Assembly (NCBI GenBank): GCA_023920165.1
Contig: CP089274.1
Span: 496,001-560,000 of the forward strand
Source: Curvularia clavata
Lineage: Eukaryota
Direction: 5' to 3'
Length of the DNA stretch: 64,000 nucleotides
Shown: positions 11,327 to 25,085 of the stretch, in pieces
Position numbering within the stretch: position 1 is the stretch's first letter
How the letters are laid out: each line of letters begins with the position of its first letter
Program-made: the position numbers and the translations under genes
Notes under the pieces: model-generated
The model's input: the letters and a program-made list of their open reading frames with translations, nothing else
What the model was told of the DNA's origin: nothing
Database searches by the model: none

Positions 11327-12660
11327 CTCGATCTAATTCAGCGCTGAGAACCAAGAATGCAAGTTTTGGGCTGTATTAGTTAAGGTTTCACATTTGGACG
11401 AGGATACGAAATAGTAGCCTGTTAATATAGGCAACAAGGCTCTGTTGCATAGCTGAAGCTCATAGAGTCAGCCTTGTTGATCTTTGCTTCTTAGAGATGT
11501 GGTGTTCAGCTGTCGCGCCACGAGCATCGCTTGTGGCGTCGCAGGTATAGTTTTCAGTAGTCGAGAAGCCGCAGTTGCAGCCAAGCGCAGCTGCACAGTC
11601 TAAGCAATTCAATTCTGTCAAGTCGGGAGCCAGTTTCATGCCACAGAACAATATGACCTTGAGAAAAAGTTGAATTACGCTCAACACCGATACTGGGCAT
11701 CCTCAACTTTCTCCCCTGGGATTTTCCTAAAAGTCGAGGATGTGCGTGTGAGTGAAGTATTTTGGCAAGGAACAATAAGTGGAAGCTGAGGAGCACTAGG
11801 TGTGCAAGGCTGAGCTGAGGCAGACTATTGTAGGCGAAGGCTGAGGGACCTTAGGCAGGTACCGCAAATTACAACGTAGACAATTCCGCGGGCCCTAGCA
11901 TCATTTCTGTCTCTTAGTTTTGCCAGCAACCTGGTTGCTGGTGCTTCGACCAAGAAAACTCCCTAGAGAGTCCAAAATTAGTTGAACACCTCAAACGACC
12001 TCGAGCGAATTCCATGTAGGTTCGACACGTGACCAAGCAACACGGAATTCCAAGGGCTGTTCTGTCAAAAAATAATGCAAACAAGCCAGGCTGAAGTATC
12101 GGACCTTGTCCCCTGGTTACAAGACTCTTATCCGCAGCTGAGGCCTGGATTACACATAGCTGGGCTTTAGCCATAAGTTCACTATTACTGAAAAGAACAT
12201 TCCGTTGGAAAGGACCTGGAACACCGAAGCTAATTACTCCTTGTAGTCTAAGTTGATCCAAACCCAGCACGTAAAGATAGCCCAGACTTTGGTAGATTGT
12301 GGAAAATACCTGAACCTCTCCCACGTCGAGTGGGGGCAACTTTGTTCAAGCCATCCTCATGGCTAACTCGGTCGAGAAGAAACCAAATGCAAACGATGTG
12401 GCTTCGATAACTACACTCCGTAAAACAACTGCGACGCACACCCGCGTGACCAAGTTAGGGCCTGGATGTGCAGATCGAATGGGGCCGAGAGCACTGACGG
12501 GTTGCGGCGATGAGCTCGGAGGCTTTCCGAATCTGGGGAGCTCCTGCTCCGCCTCACATGTGGCGTCCCCAGCCTGACTGTACCGCAACATCTCCACCAC
12601 CATCTTCCTCCCTTCGTCTCCTTCGCATAGAGATCGAAACATAGACGTGAAACTGCAAAC

Positions 12661-14545
12661 ATGACCAGGAACCATCCTGCCTTACGCAAGGCAACTTCGA
12701 ACGCTGATCTCTACTCGGACCCGTCACCGCCACGCCCATTGCGACACTCGTCTTCGGTTGTACTTGGACGCGCGCATACCACCGCGTCGCTACCATACAT
12801 GCAACGCCCGGACAGAGCAGGCCCAGGAAGAGCATGGAGGGTCCGAGAAGGCACATCTGACCTGAGCAACCGTCACAGTGTAGCAGCATCCTACCCTGAC
12901 TTGATGCAGGCCTATGATGACTACCCACCACCGGCAAGGCAGCAGAACCCGCCGCCAGTACCCCCCAAGATCCCAGAGGTCCCTGCCGAGCAGCCTGAAA
13001 AGGAAGCAGAGGCTCCTCGCCCTGTGTCTTCGCACTGCTGGATCCCGGTTCCCGCTCTTGCCAAAGAGGATCCCGCAAGCTACACCAAGCCGTTTACCGA
13101 CTACATGACGAACAACCCAACCATCTTCCATGCTGTTGACGCTGTTGCCAAGGACCTTGAGAAGAACGGATACAAGAAGCTATCTGAGCGGGATGCATGG
13201 GAGCTGAAGGCTGGAGGCAAATACTATGTCGAGCGTAACGGCACAGCGCTGATTGCGTTTGCCGTTGGCGACAAATACGCGTCTGGAAATGGCGCAGCAA
13301 TTGTCGCTGGACATATTGATGCTTTGACGGCGAAGCTGAAGCCCATTCCTACGCTACGTACCAAGGCCGGCTATGTGCAGCTTGGTGTAGCACCATATGC
13401 AGGTGCCCTCAGCGATACCTGGTGGGACCGTGACCTTGGTATCGGTGGCCGAGTGCTCGTCAAAGAGAATGGAAAGATTGTAACCAAGCTGGTCAAGCTG
13501 GACTGGCCCATTGCGAAGATTCCAACTTTGGCACCGCATTTTGGCGCTGCTGCCAACGGTCCGTTCAACAAGGAGACGCAGATGGTGCCGATTATTGGTC
13601 TAGACAACAGTGATCTGGGCGCTTCTTCAAGTGAGAATGTGGAAGAGTTTAAGGCCAGTGTTCTTGGTGGAGAAGGTGCCTTTGCGTCTACCCAACCCCA
13701 GAGACTTGTCAAGGCCATTTCCAAAGAACTCGGCATTACCGACTGTACGTTCCTCTCCTTCCCATCAATGAGCATATGTTTCTAACGTCCATCCAGACTC
13801 CACCATTGTCAACTGGGAACTCGAGCTCTTCGACACGCAACCTGCACGCACCGGCGGTCTGGATAAAGAATTCATCTTCGCCGGCCGCATCGACGACAAA
13901 CTCTGCTCATGGGCCGCCGTGCAAGCCCTGCTCAACTCGTCATCCACCCTCTCCAGCTCCTCTCAAATCCGCATGGTCGCCCTGTTCGACGACGAAGAAG
14001 TCGGCTCCTTGCTTCGTCAAGGTGCCCGCGGCAACTTCCTCCCCAGTATCATTGAACGCATAGCCGAGGAATTCGCGCCTAGCGGAAAGACCAGCAGCGC
14101 ACTCAGCCGAACCTACGCAAACTCTTTCCTCGTCTCCAGCGATGTCATTCACGCTGTGAACCCCAACTTCCTAAACGCTTACCTCGAGAACCACTCTCCA
14201 CGCCTGAATATGGGTCCTGCTGTGTCGGCAGATCCAAACGCACACATGACAACTGATGCGGTGTCGACGGCTATCCTGCAGCGCTGTGTCGACCGCGATG
14301 TTGGCGTGCGTAAGATGGATCCTAAGCTCCAGGTGTTCCAGATTAGAAATGATAGCCGCAGCGGAGGTACCGTGGGACCTATGTTGAGTGCTGCGACGGG
14401 TATTAGGGCGATTGATTGCGGTATCCCCCAGTTGAGTATGCACAGTATCCGTGCGACGACGGGAAGCTTGGATCCTGGGCTGGGCGTGTTTACGTTCCAG
14501 AGCTTTTTGGAGAACTTTGAGAGCGTGGATCAGGAGTTTAAGTGA
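12661..14545 (+). CDS. M18 family aminopeptidase (vacuolar aminopeptidase I / aspartyl aminopeptidase type); intron 13745-13796
   Basis: NPTIFHAV, GHIDAL, WWDRDLGIGGRV, IPTLAPHFG, GRIDDKLCS, FDDEEVGS, DVIHAVNPN, RSGGTVGP, QLSMHSIR. Confidence 0.93.
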
Positions 14546-14857
14546 AGGTTGTAGTTATCTCTCTCTCTGCATTTGTTAGGTCCTTTTAGCATGGAGGGTT
14601 GATTTACGTTGGAAGGGGGTAGCATGTTAGGGTTACTGGGTCAGCATAATTACGTACACGAATACACGACTTTACAGTCACTCAACCCCAGTTCACAAGC
14701 ACAAAAAAATTCGACCGTCACATTCGTCATACATGCTAGAGCCAGTTAACTATATAAAATGAGGTATCCTCATCAAGCCTTCAGCGCCGTCCTTTTACTA
14801 GGTAAATCCCGTTAACTCCATCAATGCCGCAAAATCCAGGAACAATGTCGTCAACCG

Positions 14858-15742
14858 TTATGGACCGTTGGGTCGCGAAGGCATCTCTTCATCCTCGTCA
14901 GCATCTTCGGGGTGGCTATGTACCTGTTAGCTTTCACTTGACTCGTGTTGTATGGTGCAACAATACTTACCCGAGAAGATCCTTGACATTCTTCATCTCG
15001 TAATGCTTCTTACGGAGCTCTTCGAATTTGCGGTGCTTCTCTTTCTCCTCCTGGGTCGCGTTGGGAAGCAGCTCGCCGTGGTAGCCCTCGTCCGTGTCCA
15101 TGCCCTCGCCGACAATGACTCGCTTCTCGCTATCCGGGGTATGTGAGTGGCGCGTCTGCAACTCCGGTTGGCCTAGATCAAACTCGGGAATGTCGTCAAT
15201 CTTGGGCTTGCGCTTCGCCTTGTCCAGCTCGTCGACCTTGAGCTCTTGGGCGTTCAACATTTCAATCTCGTCCTCGTCCTCGGCGGGGTCGTATTGCTTG
15301 GCATAGGGCGTTTTTGGCTCGTCAATCTTCATGGTGCTGTCGCGGTTCTGCTCGTTGAGGTAGAGGTTGGCCTCGTCCCACTTGAGCTGTGGACTGGCGT
15401 CTTCGGAGGGGTCTGCGCCTGATTGACGGCGGGACGTCAGGCCGCGGGGGTTGGAGGACGAGCGTCGATGGGCACCGGCATTGCGCAGCGTGTTCTCGAG
15501 CACAATTTCTTTTTCCGACAGCTCACGGCCCAGCTGGGGGCGGTCTGAGATTGGGCTCGTGGCAGGGGGCAGGTCGCGCGTGGGAGAGGATTGCGAATTT
15601 GAGCGATAGGAACTCGAGTTCTTGAGAATGCCTGGGCTTGTCAGCTCGCCGCGGTCGCAAAGCGGGGTAGTGCCGTCGACGAACCCTTGGGCCGCTCAGG
15701 ATGCGAGTTGGGCGAGTGCAGCGGGGGCGATTGAGCCGTCAT
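14858..15742 (-). CDS. GLC8: Protein phosphatase 1 inhibitor-2 (Glc8/IPP-2 family), 3 exons
   Basis: Spliced RPK|GILKNSS (SILK motif), [30 protein letters not shown]; terminal exon [18 protein letters not shown]. Confidence 0.9.
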
Positions 15743-17517
15743 AGTGTGAGTGGTGGTAGTGGTGTGATATTAAGTGCTCAGCGAGAGCGTGTGTGGTTGG
15801 ACGTCAGTGATGATGCAGAGGTTTGTGGGTTAGGAGCGGGAGACGGGAGTGAAAAGCAAAAAGCAGGCGGGGGCAGGGGAGCTTTGTAGGAATGCAGCGC
15901 AGGAACCGATGGGGTTGGGTTAGTGAGGCCGCCGAGGAAAGCGCAGTCGGGCGTGGTGGGGTGGGCGTCCTGGTGAAGAAGGCACGGCGCGATGACGTCG
16001 GCGGGACCGACCTTTGTTTGATGACAACCCCTCGCCGCGTACGGCGCAATCACCATGGCCTGCAGGGGCGGCGCTGGGCTGGCTTAACGCGCTTGTCTTT
16101 GATGCGTGCCATATCTGTCAGAGCGGATGCGTGTGCACTAGCATCTAGTATGCCCCATGAGGCTATCCTCCAGCCCGCCGCTGCGAACATCAAGACTGGG
16201 GCGCAGATCCATGACGAGAAGCGAACAAGTCACGATGGCTCCACACTGTCTGGCCCACACCACCATATGTATCGAGTCCCCAATCAAGCAACCCTCGAGT
16301 GAGCAATCACATGCAAACCCAGGGGGGCGCACGTGAGGGGGCATGCACGCGTCTACTTGGAGCGACGACATCTATAAACCTTCTTTCACGCCCTCGACAA
16401 CCCTGCCTGGCCATGGCTAGCATGGCAGCGGCGGCAGAACAGCGCCAGACAGAATAGCGCCAGGCTACTGTGCTCTGTCACTGAGCCATCCGAGTCCCAT
16501 CACCAATACTCTTGCATGACTCCCCACCCTCCACGCAATGCTCGCTGCCTTGGGTTGCAACGGTGCACAACCAAGGCTGATATGCTCCGTGTGAGCGCCA
16601 TGGCTTCACTCCGGGTTGGGGACTGCTGGGCAATCACCAATTAGCACGTCTTTCTTCGCAATCAACCTGCCCATGACCCAACACAGCACCAATTGCTTCA
16701 GACTTTGCCTTGAAACGTCATGCTCAACCGAGAAATCGCTTTCGCGATAGTGTACATCTGGCTGAGACTAAGACTACCAGAAGTGGTCCAGAGGACCCTC
16801 ATCCCTAGCTACGGTGCAACAAAAATCAAGGTAGCACACATACAAAGAAGCATACGCTCAGAGACGCACACTGCGCGAAAACAGCTGCCGTCTCAAAACG
16901 CGTCGCGCGCGTGACAACAAATATGTCCCTGCTTTCAGGTCATCACCGCATCATGGAAGCCGCCGAAGCGGCCCTCGTGATGATGGTTTTAGAAGAGGTT
17001 GGCTCGTTCTGGGCCAGTTATCCGAGTTGCCAGCTGAGTGGGAGATGTCGAGCTGGCAGTTGATACGAGTCAAAGGCCGGTGTTGAAGAAAAGAAGAAGA
17101 GAGGTTGGCCGGAATGCGCGACTAAAGAAGAGACTGTCGGTCTTGGCAGATGACTAAGCCCCCGGCCTTACCGCGGAAGGCGCGCGCCTGCTGCAAGAGC
17201 CAACCTCTCAAACGTTTTCTCAGAACGCTCCACTATCCAGCATTGCATTCCATACATCCCACTGCGCACAACAATCCCACGCATTCCGTCTTCTCCACAC
17301 ACCACTGTACCATCACATCATCCACACGCCCATACACGCCCTCCGCCCGCTCCACGACCAACCCCGTCGCACCTTTACCCCCCCGCATATCCAAAAGCAC
17401 CTCTTGGCCCTTGTTCCGCCCACTCGTATACCACTCGCTCCCGCACCACGCCCACTCCGCTTTTGGATACCCTACTTTTCTTCTCTTGTATTATTTACCC
17501 ACTTGCCGCCGCTGCCA

Positions 17518-18637
17518 ATGGACAACAGGGACAATCTCTGGACTCGGCGCTCCAAGTATGCTCGCACGCACCCCCGCACCTTTACCTGCACATTCAAACT
17601 GACCCGCTTCCAATAGCACCAGCAAGCTCTCCCTCTCCATGTCGCATTCCGAAAACAACGACAAGTCCGAACCACACCAGCGCACCGTCTCCGCCACTAA
17701 ACGCTTTGGTGGCGACTCGTCCCACGGCGGCCGCAATCCCTTCAACGCCATCCCCCCATTGACACCAGGCGGGCTCGCGTCGCCAACCACAGGCGGCTCC
17801 TCTGCCTTTGGTCTGGGATCAGGCGCGTTTGCCTCCTTTGGCTCCGCAGCCAAGACGCCCAAGACACCAGGAACAGCCTTTGACTTTAAAGCTGCGGCCA
17901 TGTCGTCTACAGCACCATCGACACCTTCTGACAAGAAGGACAAGCCCGTTAGCAAGGTCGTCAACAGCATACGCAAGGAGCCTACAACAACACCCTCAAT
18001 ACCAGAAAATACCGCGAGCCCCTCCGCACCCCCAGACTTCAGCGCGCCATGGCCGCTCAAGTACACCTGGGCGGTTTGGTACCGCCCGCCCACGGCCAAG
18101 AACGTCGACTATGAAAAGTCGATTGTCCCGCTTTGCCGATTCAGCACTGCCCAAGAGTTCTGGAGAGTCTTCTCTCATCTCAAGCGCCCTTCGAGTCTGC
18201 CCTCCGTTTCTGACTATCATGTTTTCAAACAAGGCATACGACCGGTCTGGGAGGATGACGAGAACAAACGAGGTGGGAAATGGATCATGCGCCTGAAAAA
18301 GGGCGTTGCAGACCGTTACTGGGAAGATCTCTTGCTTGCACTGGTTGGCGATCAGTTCTTGGATGCTGGCGATGAATTTTGCGGCTTTGTCCTGAGCGTT
18401 CGAAGCGGTGAAGACGTCTTTAGCATCTGGACAAAGAGCGACGGAGTGAAAAACGTCAAAATCCGCGACACGATTCGGCGGGTTCTCAAGCTGCCAGAGG
18501 GCACCAACATTGTGTGGCGGAGCCATGATGATAGCATTGCCCAGCGTTCAGCCATCGACCAGGCCCGACATGAAAAGAATCTCATGGAGAAGCGGAGAGT
18601 GACTTCGACAGAGGAGAAGACACCGGCGGGATCTTAG
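17518..18637 (+). CDS. eIF4E-family cap-binding protein (non-canonical, 4EHP/eIF4E2-3-like); intron 17556-17616
   Basis: MDNRDNLWTRRSN|TSKLSLS splices in frame; WPLKYTWAVWY, EFWRVFSHL, DYHVFKQGIRPVWED..N..GGKW, RYWEDLLLALVG, FSIWT. Confidence 0.92.
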
Positions 18638-19414
18638 ATTGAATTCAGCATTGCTGAGCGACTACCCTTTTCTTAGGCTCGGCATCTGGGTCATACGCTC
18701 GCCATGTTGTTTTTGCAAGAGCATCTGTGGTCTTAGATCCACACAGGTTTCTGGGTACCACCAGCGAGAGCCACGGGCAGAAATGCCTTTCTCTGGCTGA
18801 GCGCACATGGGTATCCGCCGCCGGTGTCTGCATGCAACACATTTGGGCGGTTACGGCAGCCAATCGGTGCTCCATCTAACGCAGATCATGCCCACCGCTA
18901 TCCACAGCGTCGTAGAATAGATGGTGAGGCGTTGCAATGCTTCGGCCAGCTTCCCCAAGCCTATATTCGTCTATATGCACATCGCATAGACCTGCGACCA
19001 AGAAAGATAATCATATACTGATGCGCACATGATTGGTGCGCTCTGATGCCCTGATTCTGCCTTTTGCTACAAGTGACCTTGTATGGCCCAAGTGTAAAGA
19101 AGAATACCATTTCGCTGTGAAGTCGATTGGATGCGTATTGGAAGATGGTCAACAATGCTTACATGTCCTGACTATTTTACATAACATCATAAAGTAACTC
19201 AAAGTGCACAATAAGGCTGCCTGCAATAGCAATACCTGTATTGTGAGCAGCCACAGTAGGAGCGGGCGCACGGACGTCATCGCAGACTCACCTGGGCGCA
19301 ACTTCACTTCCACATGCCCCACGGCGCGTTTGCGCTCTGTGCCTTTTCCTCGCAGTTAGCGTGCTTGTCCAACAATGACACCACTGGCTCCTTTGCCACC
19401 ATAATGCTACACCA

Positions 19415-22400
19415 ATGATTCCAGTCTTCTTGAATAAAGCGAAAGCTGCTGTCGAACGCCTTACACACCCATACGTACGCGCACTTTTCCTTGTAGACCC
19501 GTCTTGAAAGTCACCGCTACTACCTGTACTTGAGTTCAATCTCGCTACTACTGCGAGCTAACATCATGTCGCCCCAGGCAAACCATGCCACCGCCCAATC
19601 TCCCATACGCGACTCGCCTCCACTTCCCGCTTCCAGGGATTCACCGGCCTCCCCAGAGCCCACCCCGACTGTCGTAGACCTGTCCTCACCTACGAAGCCA
19701 CCGAGAAGACCTAAACACGAAGAGCAAAAGTCGAGGGCATTTCTCTCACGCCCATCGAAGCGCACTAGAAGCGAGGATGAGAAACGCTTAACTGGCGATT
19801 ACGAGTATGTCACCACAACGTACAGAAAACAAGCAGAAGGGAACAGGCTAATAGTCGCGCAGAAATCCAGCGGACGCGGTCAGAATTCCAGACCCGTACT
19901 CGTGGTTTTTGGAGTCGCAAATCATGTCGTCAAAGGTAAGTCTATAGATACCGATACCTATGAATCCTTGCGCTGATGCCTTGAAGCCGGGCGCGAACAA
20001 GGGTTACCAACCCGTAAACACGCTTGACAACGTAGCTCGCACGACAAATCGGAAGCCTACTACCTACGGAAAAAACAACCGCTCTCGTTTGATTGGCCAA
20101 TCACCAGGTCCAGGCCAGGCAGCCTACTCTGAGTTGCAACAAAACAAAACCCCTACAACACCGAGCGGACGTAAATTCCTGCGAGACGAGGAGGGTCAAC
20201 GGAATGGATCTGTAAAGCGAAGGAAGATCAACCATGTCATAAACCTAGCCGATGACGAAGAGGACGCAGCATCTGCGGCAACCCAGAGTAATATCTTCAT
20301 GCCAGGCACAATATCTCATGAAAGACCACGCTCAGCCAGGTCTTCACAATCACTACTGAGCGTTGGGAGTGAAAGCACTGCGACCGAATTCAAGCCACAC
20401 CAAGCCACAAACGAGTTCCGAGAAGTGCAGGATCTCATTAGACCTCAGAAGAAATCCAGACAAACAAGCTGCCACAAAATCCAAACTAAACGGCAGACTT
20501 CCCCTTTCGGAGGTGGCACTATGTCCCCAGATGCTCGCAAGTTCATATTACAGAATTTTCAACAAGGGGAGCCTTCGTATAGGCCAAAAGAACATGGAAC
20601 CACAGGGCAACCGGTCACGTCCAAACACTTTCCCAAAGCTCGGATCAATGAATCGACGGCAGAGCAACCGACGACCAGCCGAGTCGTCACTGTCGATAGC
20701 CCCAATCTTCGCGCGCAACATCACCCAGCGCCTAAGCAAGTAGACTGGGCCGAGGGCAGCGATAGCGCTGATGAGCTTGCCATGTCGCCTACCAACACCA
20801 GGAAGCAGCCACGGTCACCAAAAGCGAAAAGGACCATGCCCACCATTATCAAGAGGAATGGAAATGATAAAGATGGCAGTGTTTTCTGGCCATTGTCGTT
20901 CGCGAGGTCATATGAATGGGATGGAACCGGTTCCAAGATGGAGGACGGCCATGCTACTCTGGTTCTGCGAAGTGACCCCGAAGGGCTGCGTGTCCAGACG
21001 TACGACGCAGACGGCTATCACAGAGTAATTTTAATCCGTTCTCAACATGTCAACCGGGCTCTTGCAGACAATGAAGGTCGAATCCGCTTGGACGGCCCCA
21101 GAGATGCAAATGGCAATGCCCACATTTTTGACCTGCAATTTCTCAACTCGTCTGACTGTTTGAAATTCTGCAATAAATACGCAGCGTCTTTGACAACAAG
21201 GGGAAAGGTTACCGAAAAAGAAGCGTAAGAGCTTGCCGGCATGTAATCAGTCCCTTACTAACGCGTTTCCAGCGAACACATGCGCAAACTATTTGATGCG
21301 CCCCTAAGGCCAAGGAATGACAAGATAAGGTCACCTGAGGCATTGAATAATCATGTTCAGGACTACGAACAGGGAGAGAGACAACCGGGAACTCGAGCAC
21401 AACGCTCTGAAAGAGAGATCGATGATAACTCCGCTACTGTTACGATGCAAAGAGCTCCAATATCGACTCGATCGTCACGTCCACGACTATCAGCACCCAC
21501 TCAGATCTCGGATGGTGAGCCAGAGATCTGTGAAGTATCAAAATACTCGATCGACACGGGTCTCGGACGCCGCTGGGCCAAGTAAGTGTTTAGACCTAGC
21601 CGCATGATCTTGCTAACCGTGTGAAGGGCTCTTGAGTACGGTGAAGGGCGTCAGCGCGCTGTAGTCCATTTCGACGACTTACCTCGCCTGGACGAAGAGG
21701 AGTACCTGAACGATAGTCTTATAGATTTTTACATGATGTATGTGGGCCACCATGTGCGCTTATGCAACTGCTGATATTGTATAGCTATCTCTTCCGAAAG
21801 CTCAAAGTTCCTGCTGAGAAGGTGTACTTCTTTAACACCTACTTCTTCACTCGGCTTACTGAAAATGCTGGCCGCAATTCAATGAACTACAAGGCTGTCG
21901 AACGTTGGACTTCTAAGATCGACATCTTCTCCTACGACTACATTGTCGTGCCCATCAACGACTCACAGTATGTGTAATTGCATAATTTTAGGATAGCCAC
22001 TGACCTCCGCCAGAGCTCATTGGTATTTGGCTATCATCTGCAATGTCTCAAACATCCAACGAAAACCCGTTATTGAAGATTTCGATCAACTACACCCCGA
22101 CAAGGAACAGTCTGAAACCTGCACAACACCGACTGTAAGCGAGAGCGGAGAACATACCAAGTTGCCTCTGATTCAACTTGCTGAATCACCTGCGAGAGCC
22201 GAACAAGTACCCAATCAACAGGAAGAAGAAGACCCCAATCTCTTTGACGATCCACCGATATCGCTGATTGAACGTGACGACCCTGGAATTGAAGCTCGCT
22301 CAAACGCCAAAGCTAATGAGTCGAATACCGTGTCTCTTGATTCGGAAACTGAACCAGTGGAGGTCTCCCGGACCAGTGCTGAGGCGTCGAAAGGGCGACT

Positions 22401-23898
22401 GGCGCAACCAAGTCTATCATCTGTGAAGAGCAAGAACAAACGTAAGGCTGTGCCTAAGAGAGATCCTCATCAGCCCGTTGTTGTTGTGCTGGACTCTCTC
22501 GGAGGTGTCGCCCGCAGTGGAGCAGTTCGTATCCTCAAGGACTGGATAGCAGCAGAAGGCAAAAGCAAGCGTGGTATGGAAGCAATCATCAAGGAGAACG
22601 GCTACTATCCGAAAGGCACCCAGATCCCAATGCAGAAGAACTGGACCGACTGTGGCGTCTATCTGCTTGGATACGTTGAAAAGTTCTTTCAAAATCCTGA
22701 TGAGTTCATGCACAAGCTATTGACAGGATCTATGTCGGCTGCCGACGACTGGCCAGAGCTCAATCCTTCGGCGATGAGGCATAAAATGCGAGACATTATA
22801 TTTGAATGCTACAAGCAGCAAGAGGAGGAGAGAAAGGCCCAAAAGAAGGCTAAAAAAGGGCCAGCTAAACCAGATACATCGCCTGATCCAGCTACAAAAC
22901 AGTCTCTGCCTGTCGGAGATGTGCCTGCCGAAAACTCACCAGATTCAAAATCTGAGGAACAACATGAACAGCGTGTTCTTGATGACGCAGCTGAAGCTGA
23001 ATCCGCTATACTCTCTCCCGTCCCCAGACTCGGTTCCCCGTTTGAGCCTAAAAAGCGAAATGCAGTGCCAGCTAAGCAATCATCACCTGGGGCTGCGGCC
23101 AAGGAAACCGACTTGACGGTACCGAAAAAGTCATCAGTCAAGGAAGCTTCAGCAGCTCGTTCAAACTCGCCACCAATGAGTCACAGCCCAGAGGTTTGTA
23201 TATCCAATACTGCTTCTCGGGCAAATGATTCGATTGGCGACGGGCGTACCAGTGCTATCGGATCGCCAGACCAAGCCAAGCAAACAGAGCAACGTGGGTC
23301 TCGGTCACCCAGCCTTAGCAAGCGTCGGAGAGATGACAATGATGGCGGACCCGAAGGTTCTCCAAAAGCAAAAAGATTACAAAGAGACGTGTCGTTGGAG
23401 GAAAAGGAAGACGACAATTTACGAATCAAGGCTCCGTCCGCACACAATCGAGAAGGAAGTGCACCAAACGCGCCCATTGAGATTGAGGACTCACAAGAGG
23501 TGGAAGTCGTGAGCTCTCATCGAGTCCATGTGCGGGCCAGTCAGATCGCTCGTCACATGCCGTCGTCGCACCCACCCAGGCCCCTTTTGGCCCTTCATTC
23601 CTCGTCATCCATCGAAGAAATTCCACACTTGTCGCCTAAAGCCGATGTTGGACAGCGTCGGGCACGGGAGCCCAGTGAGGTGGATGATTACGACCGCGAT
23701 CATGATCGGCGTTCTAGAGCACCAGACCCAAGCATGTCGAGTCAAACCTTGCAAGAGACAGAGACAGAGACAAACAGCCAGGACCCGGTGGAAGTAAGTC
23801 GACAGCCCACCGGTTCGATGCAGCTTGATGGGACTGGAAGTGGTGACATAGTTCGAGAGACACCAGAGCCGGGAAGGAGGAGTCCAACGTCTGCGTGA
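19415..23898 (+). CDS. Ulp1/C48 family SUMO protease (Ulp2-like), multi-exon
   Basis: [71 protein letters not shown] (His/Asp/Cys triad). Long S/P-rich disordered termini. The 5' start (ATG 19415, intron 19475-19577) is less certain. Confidence 0.88.
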
Positions 23899-24236
23899 AG
23901 AACCAGTCAGGTCCCCCAGTCAACGATTTACTAAAAGATTGCGGGCAGGAGATGAGTGGAAGCCGTGTGTGTGTTCTTGCATCCTTTTTTCCATATTTAC
24001 CCTTGTTTCCTTAAAAGTTTCACATCACATTCTCCGGCATGGCATGGCGATGGCGTTGCTCCTACTACATATACCATATGGGTCGGCATTTTGTTCGCTT
24101 TCTTGTTTCTTGTTCTCTTTCTCTATATGCTGACAGGCTGCTGATTCTAAAGAAGAGTATCTAGTAGGAATACCTTTGCATGGGCCGGAGCAAAAATTGC
24201 TCGGGGATATGTAATAGTAAGCTTGTGTTTTTTTTC

Positions 24237-25007
24237 TCACACTGCACACTCGAGTATCTTGTCGTTTGCTTTGCCCTCGTTTTCCAGTTGGCGGGAGATA
24301 TTGCCGTTTGCGCCTCTTCCACCGGTTGGGTCGTCCAGTGCGGCTACGGCGTCGTCGACGTCTGGGGTGAGTTAGCATGGTGTTTTCCTTCTTTTCTCAC
24401 CTTCTCTTTGGCTACAGGATACGCATGGAAAAGGAGGAGTCTACGTACCCTGGAACCCCTCATCCCTCTCTGCCACACTGCCCCCAATCCACCTCTTCAT
24501 CTTCTCCCTCACAAACTCTGCAAAATCCCACTCCTCAGCCTCCAATCTGTGCGCGCCTGCAATCCAGATATACGTCTCGGCCTCGACCTCTTCCCCCTCT
24601 ACATTATCCTCCTCTTTCTGCGTTAAATCGCCCATTCCCTCTTTTACTTCTCCATCTTGTCCCTCCTTCTCCTTGGGCAGCAACACACGGACCTTGACTT
24701 TCTGCCGCGAATACTCGGAACCTTCGAAGACATCCAAGCGCCAGAGATCGCCGTCAGTGAGACCTTGGACGAGTGTTCCGCGGACTGTACTTCGTTGTTT
24801 TACATTGTCGTCTTGGGACGAGACGGGCAGAACAGCGGGGTAATCCGCGCTCTTTACTTTGTGGCGGCGGTGCGCATGCAGGATGGCTGGGCGGATGTGC
24901 AAAAGGGAAGCATGCGCAGGTGTGGGTGGGGTCTGCGAGCCCCAGATTACACGGTGCAGGACCTGCGGGGCCATGAGAGTACCATAGAAGAAGGCCGTAT
25001 GGGACAT
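24237..25007 (-). CDS. Gamma-glutamylcyclotransferase / AIG2-like protein, 2 exons
   Basis: MSHTAFFYGTLM, RHKVKSADYPAV, VRGTLVQGLT..DLWRLDVFEGSEY, ETYIW, EEWDF; last exon DVDDAVAALDDPTGGRG...ILECAV*. Confidence 0.9.
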
Positions 25008-25011
25008 GGTG

Positions 25012-25085
25012 GGTGTGGCTGGTGTGTATGTGGCTAGTGGATGTGTGGCTAGTGGCTGTATGGCTAGTGGATATGTGGCTGGTGT
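25012..25085. repeat. Degenerate ~15-bp tandem repeat (TGTGGCTAGTGGATA-like, ~5 copies)
   Basis: gtgtggctggtgtgtatgtggctagtggatgtgtggctagtggctgtatggctagtggatatgtggctggtg immediately 5' of the GGCT start codon. Confidence 0.75.

Noticed and set aside
11460..11700. Small Cys-containing minus-strand ORF (DCAAALGCNCG)
   Set aside because: No convincing start, splice donor or homology; it may be UTR of the downstream gene.
17491..18585. Long antisense ORFs over eIF4E (and similar ones over GH43, KTR, MTHFR, DLD2)
   Set aside because: Expected shadows of GC3-biased coding sequence.
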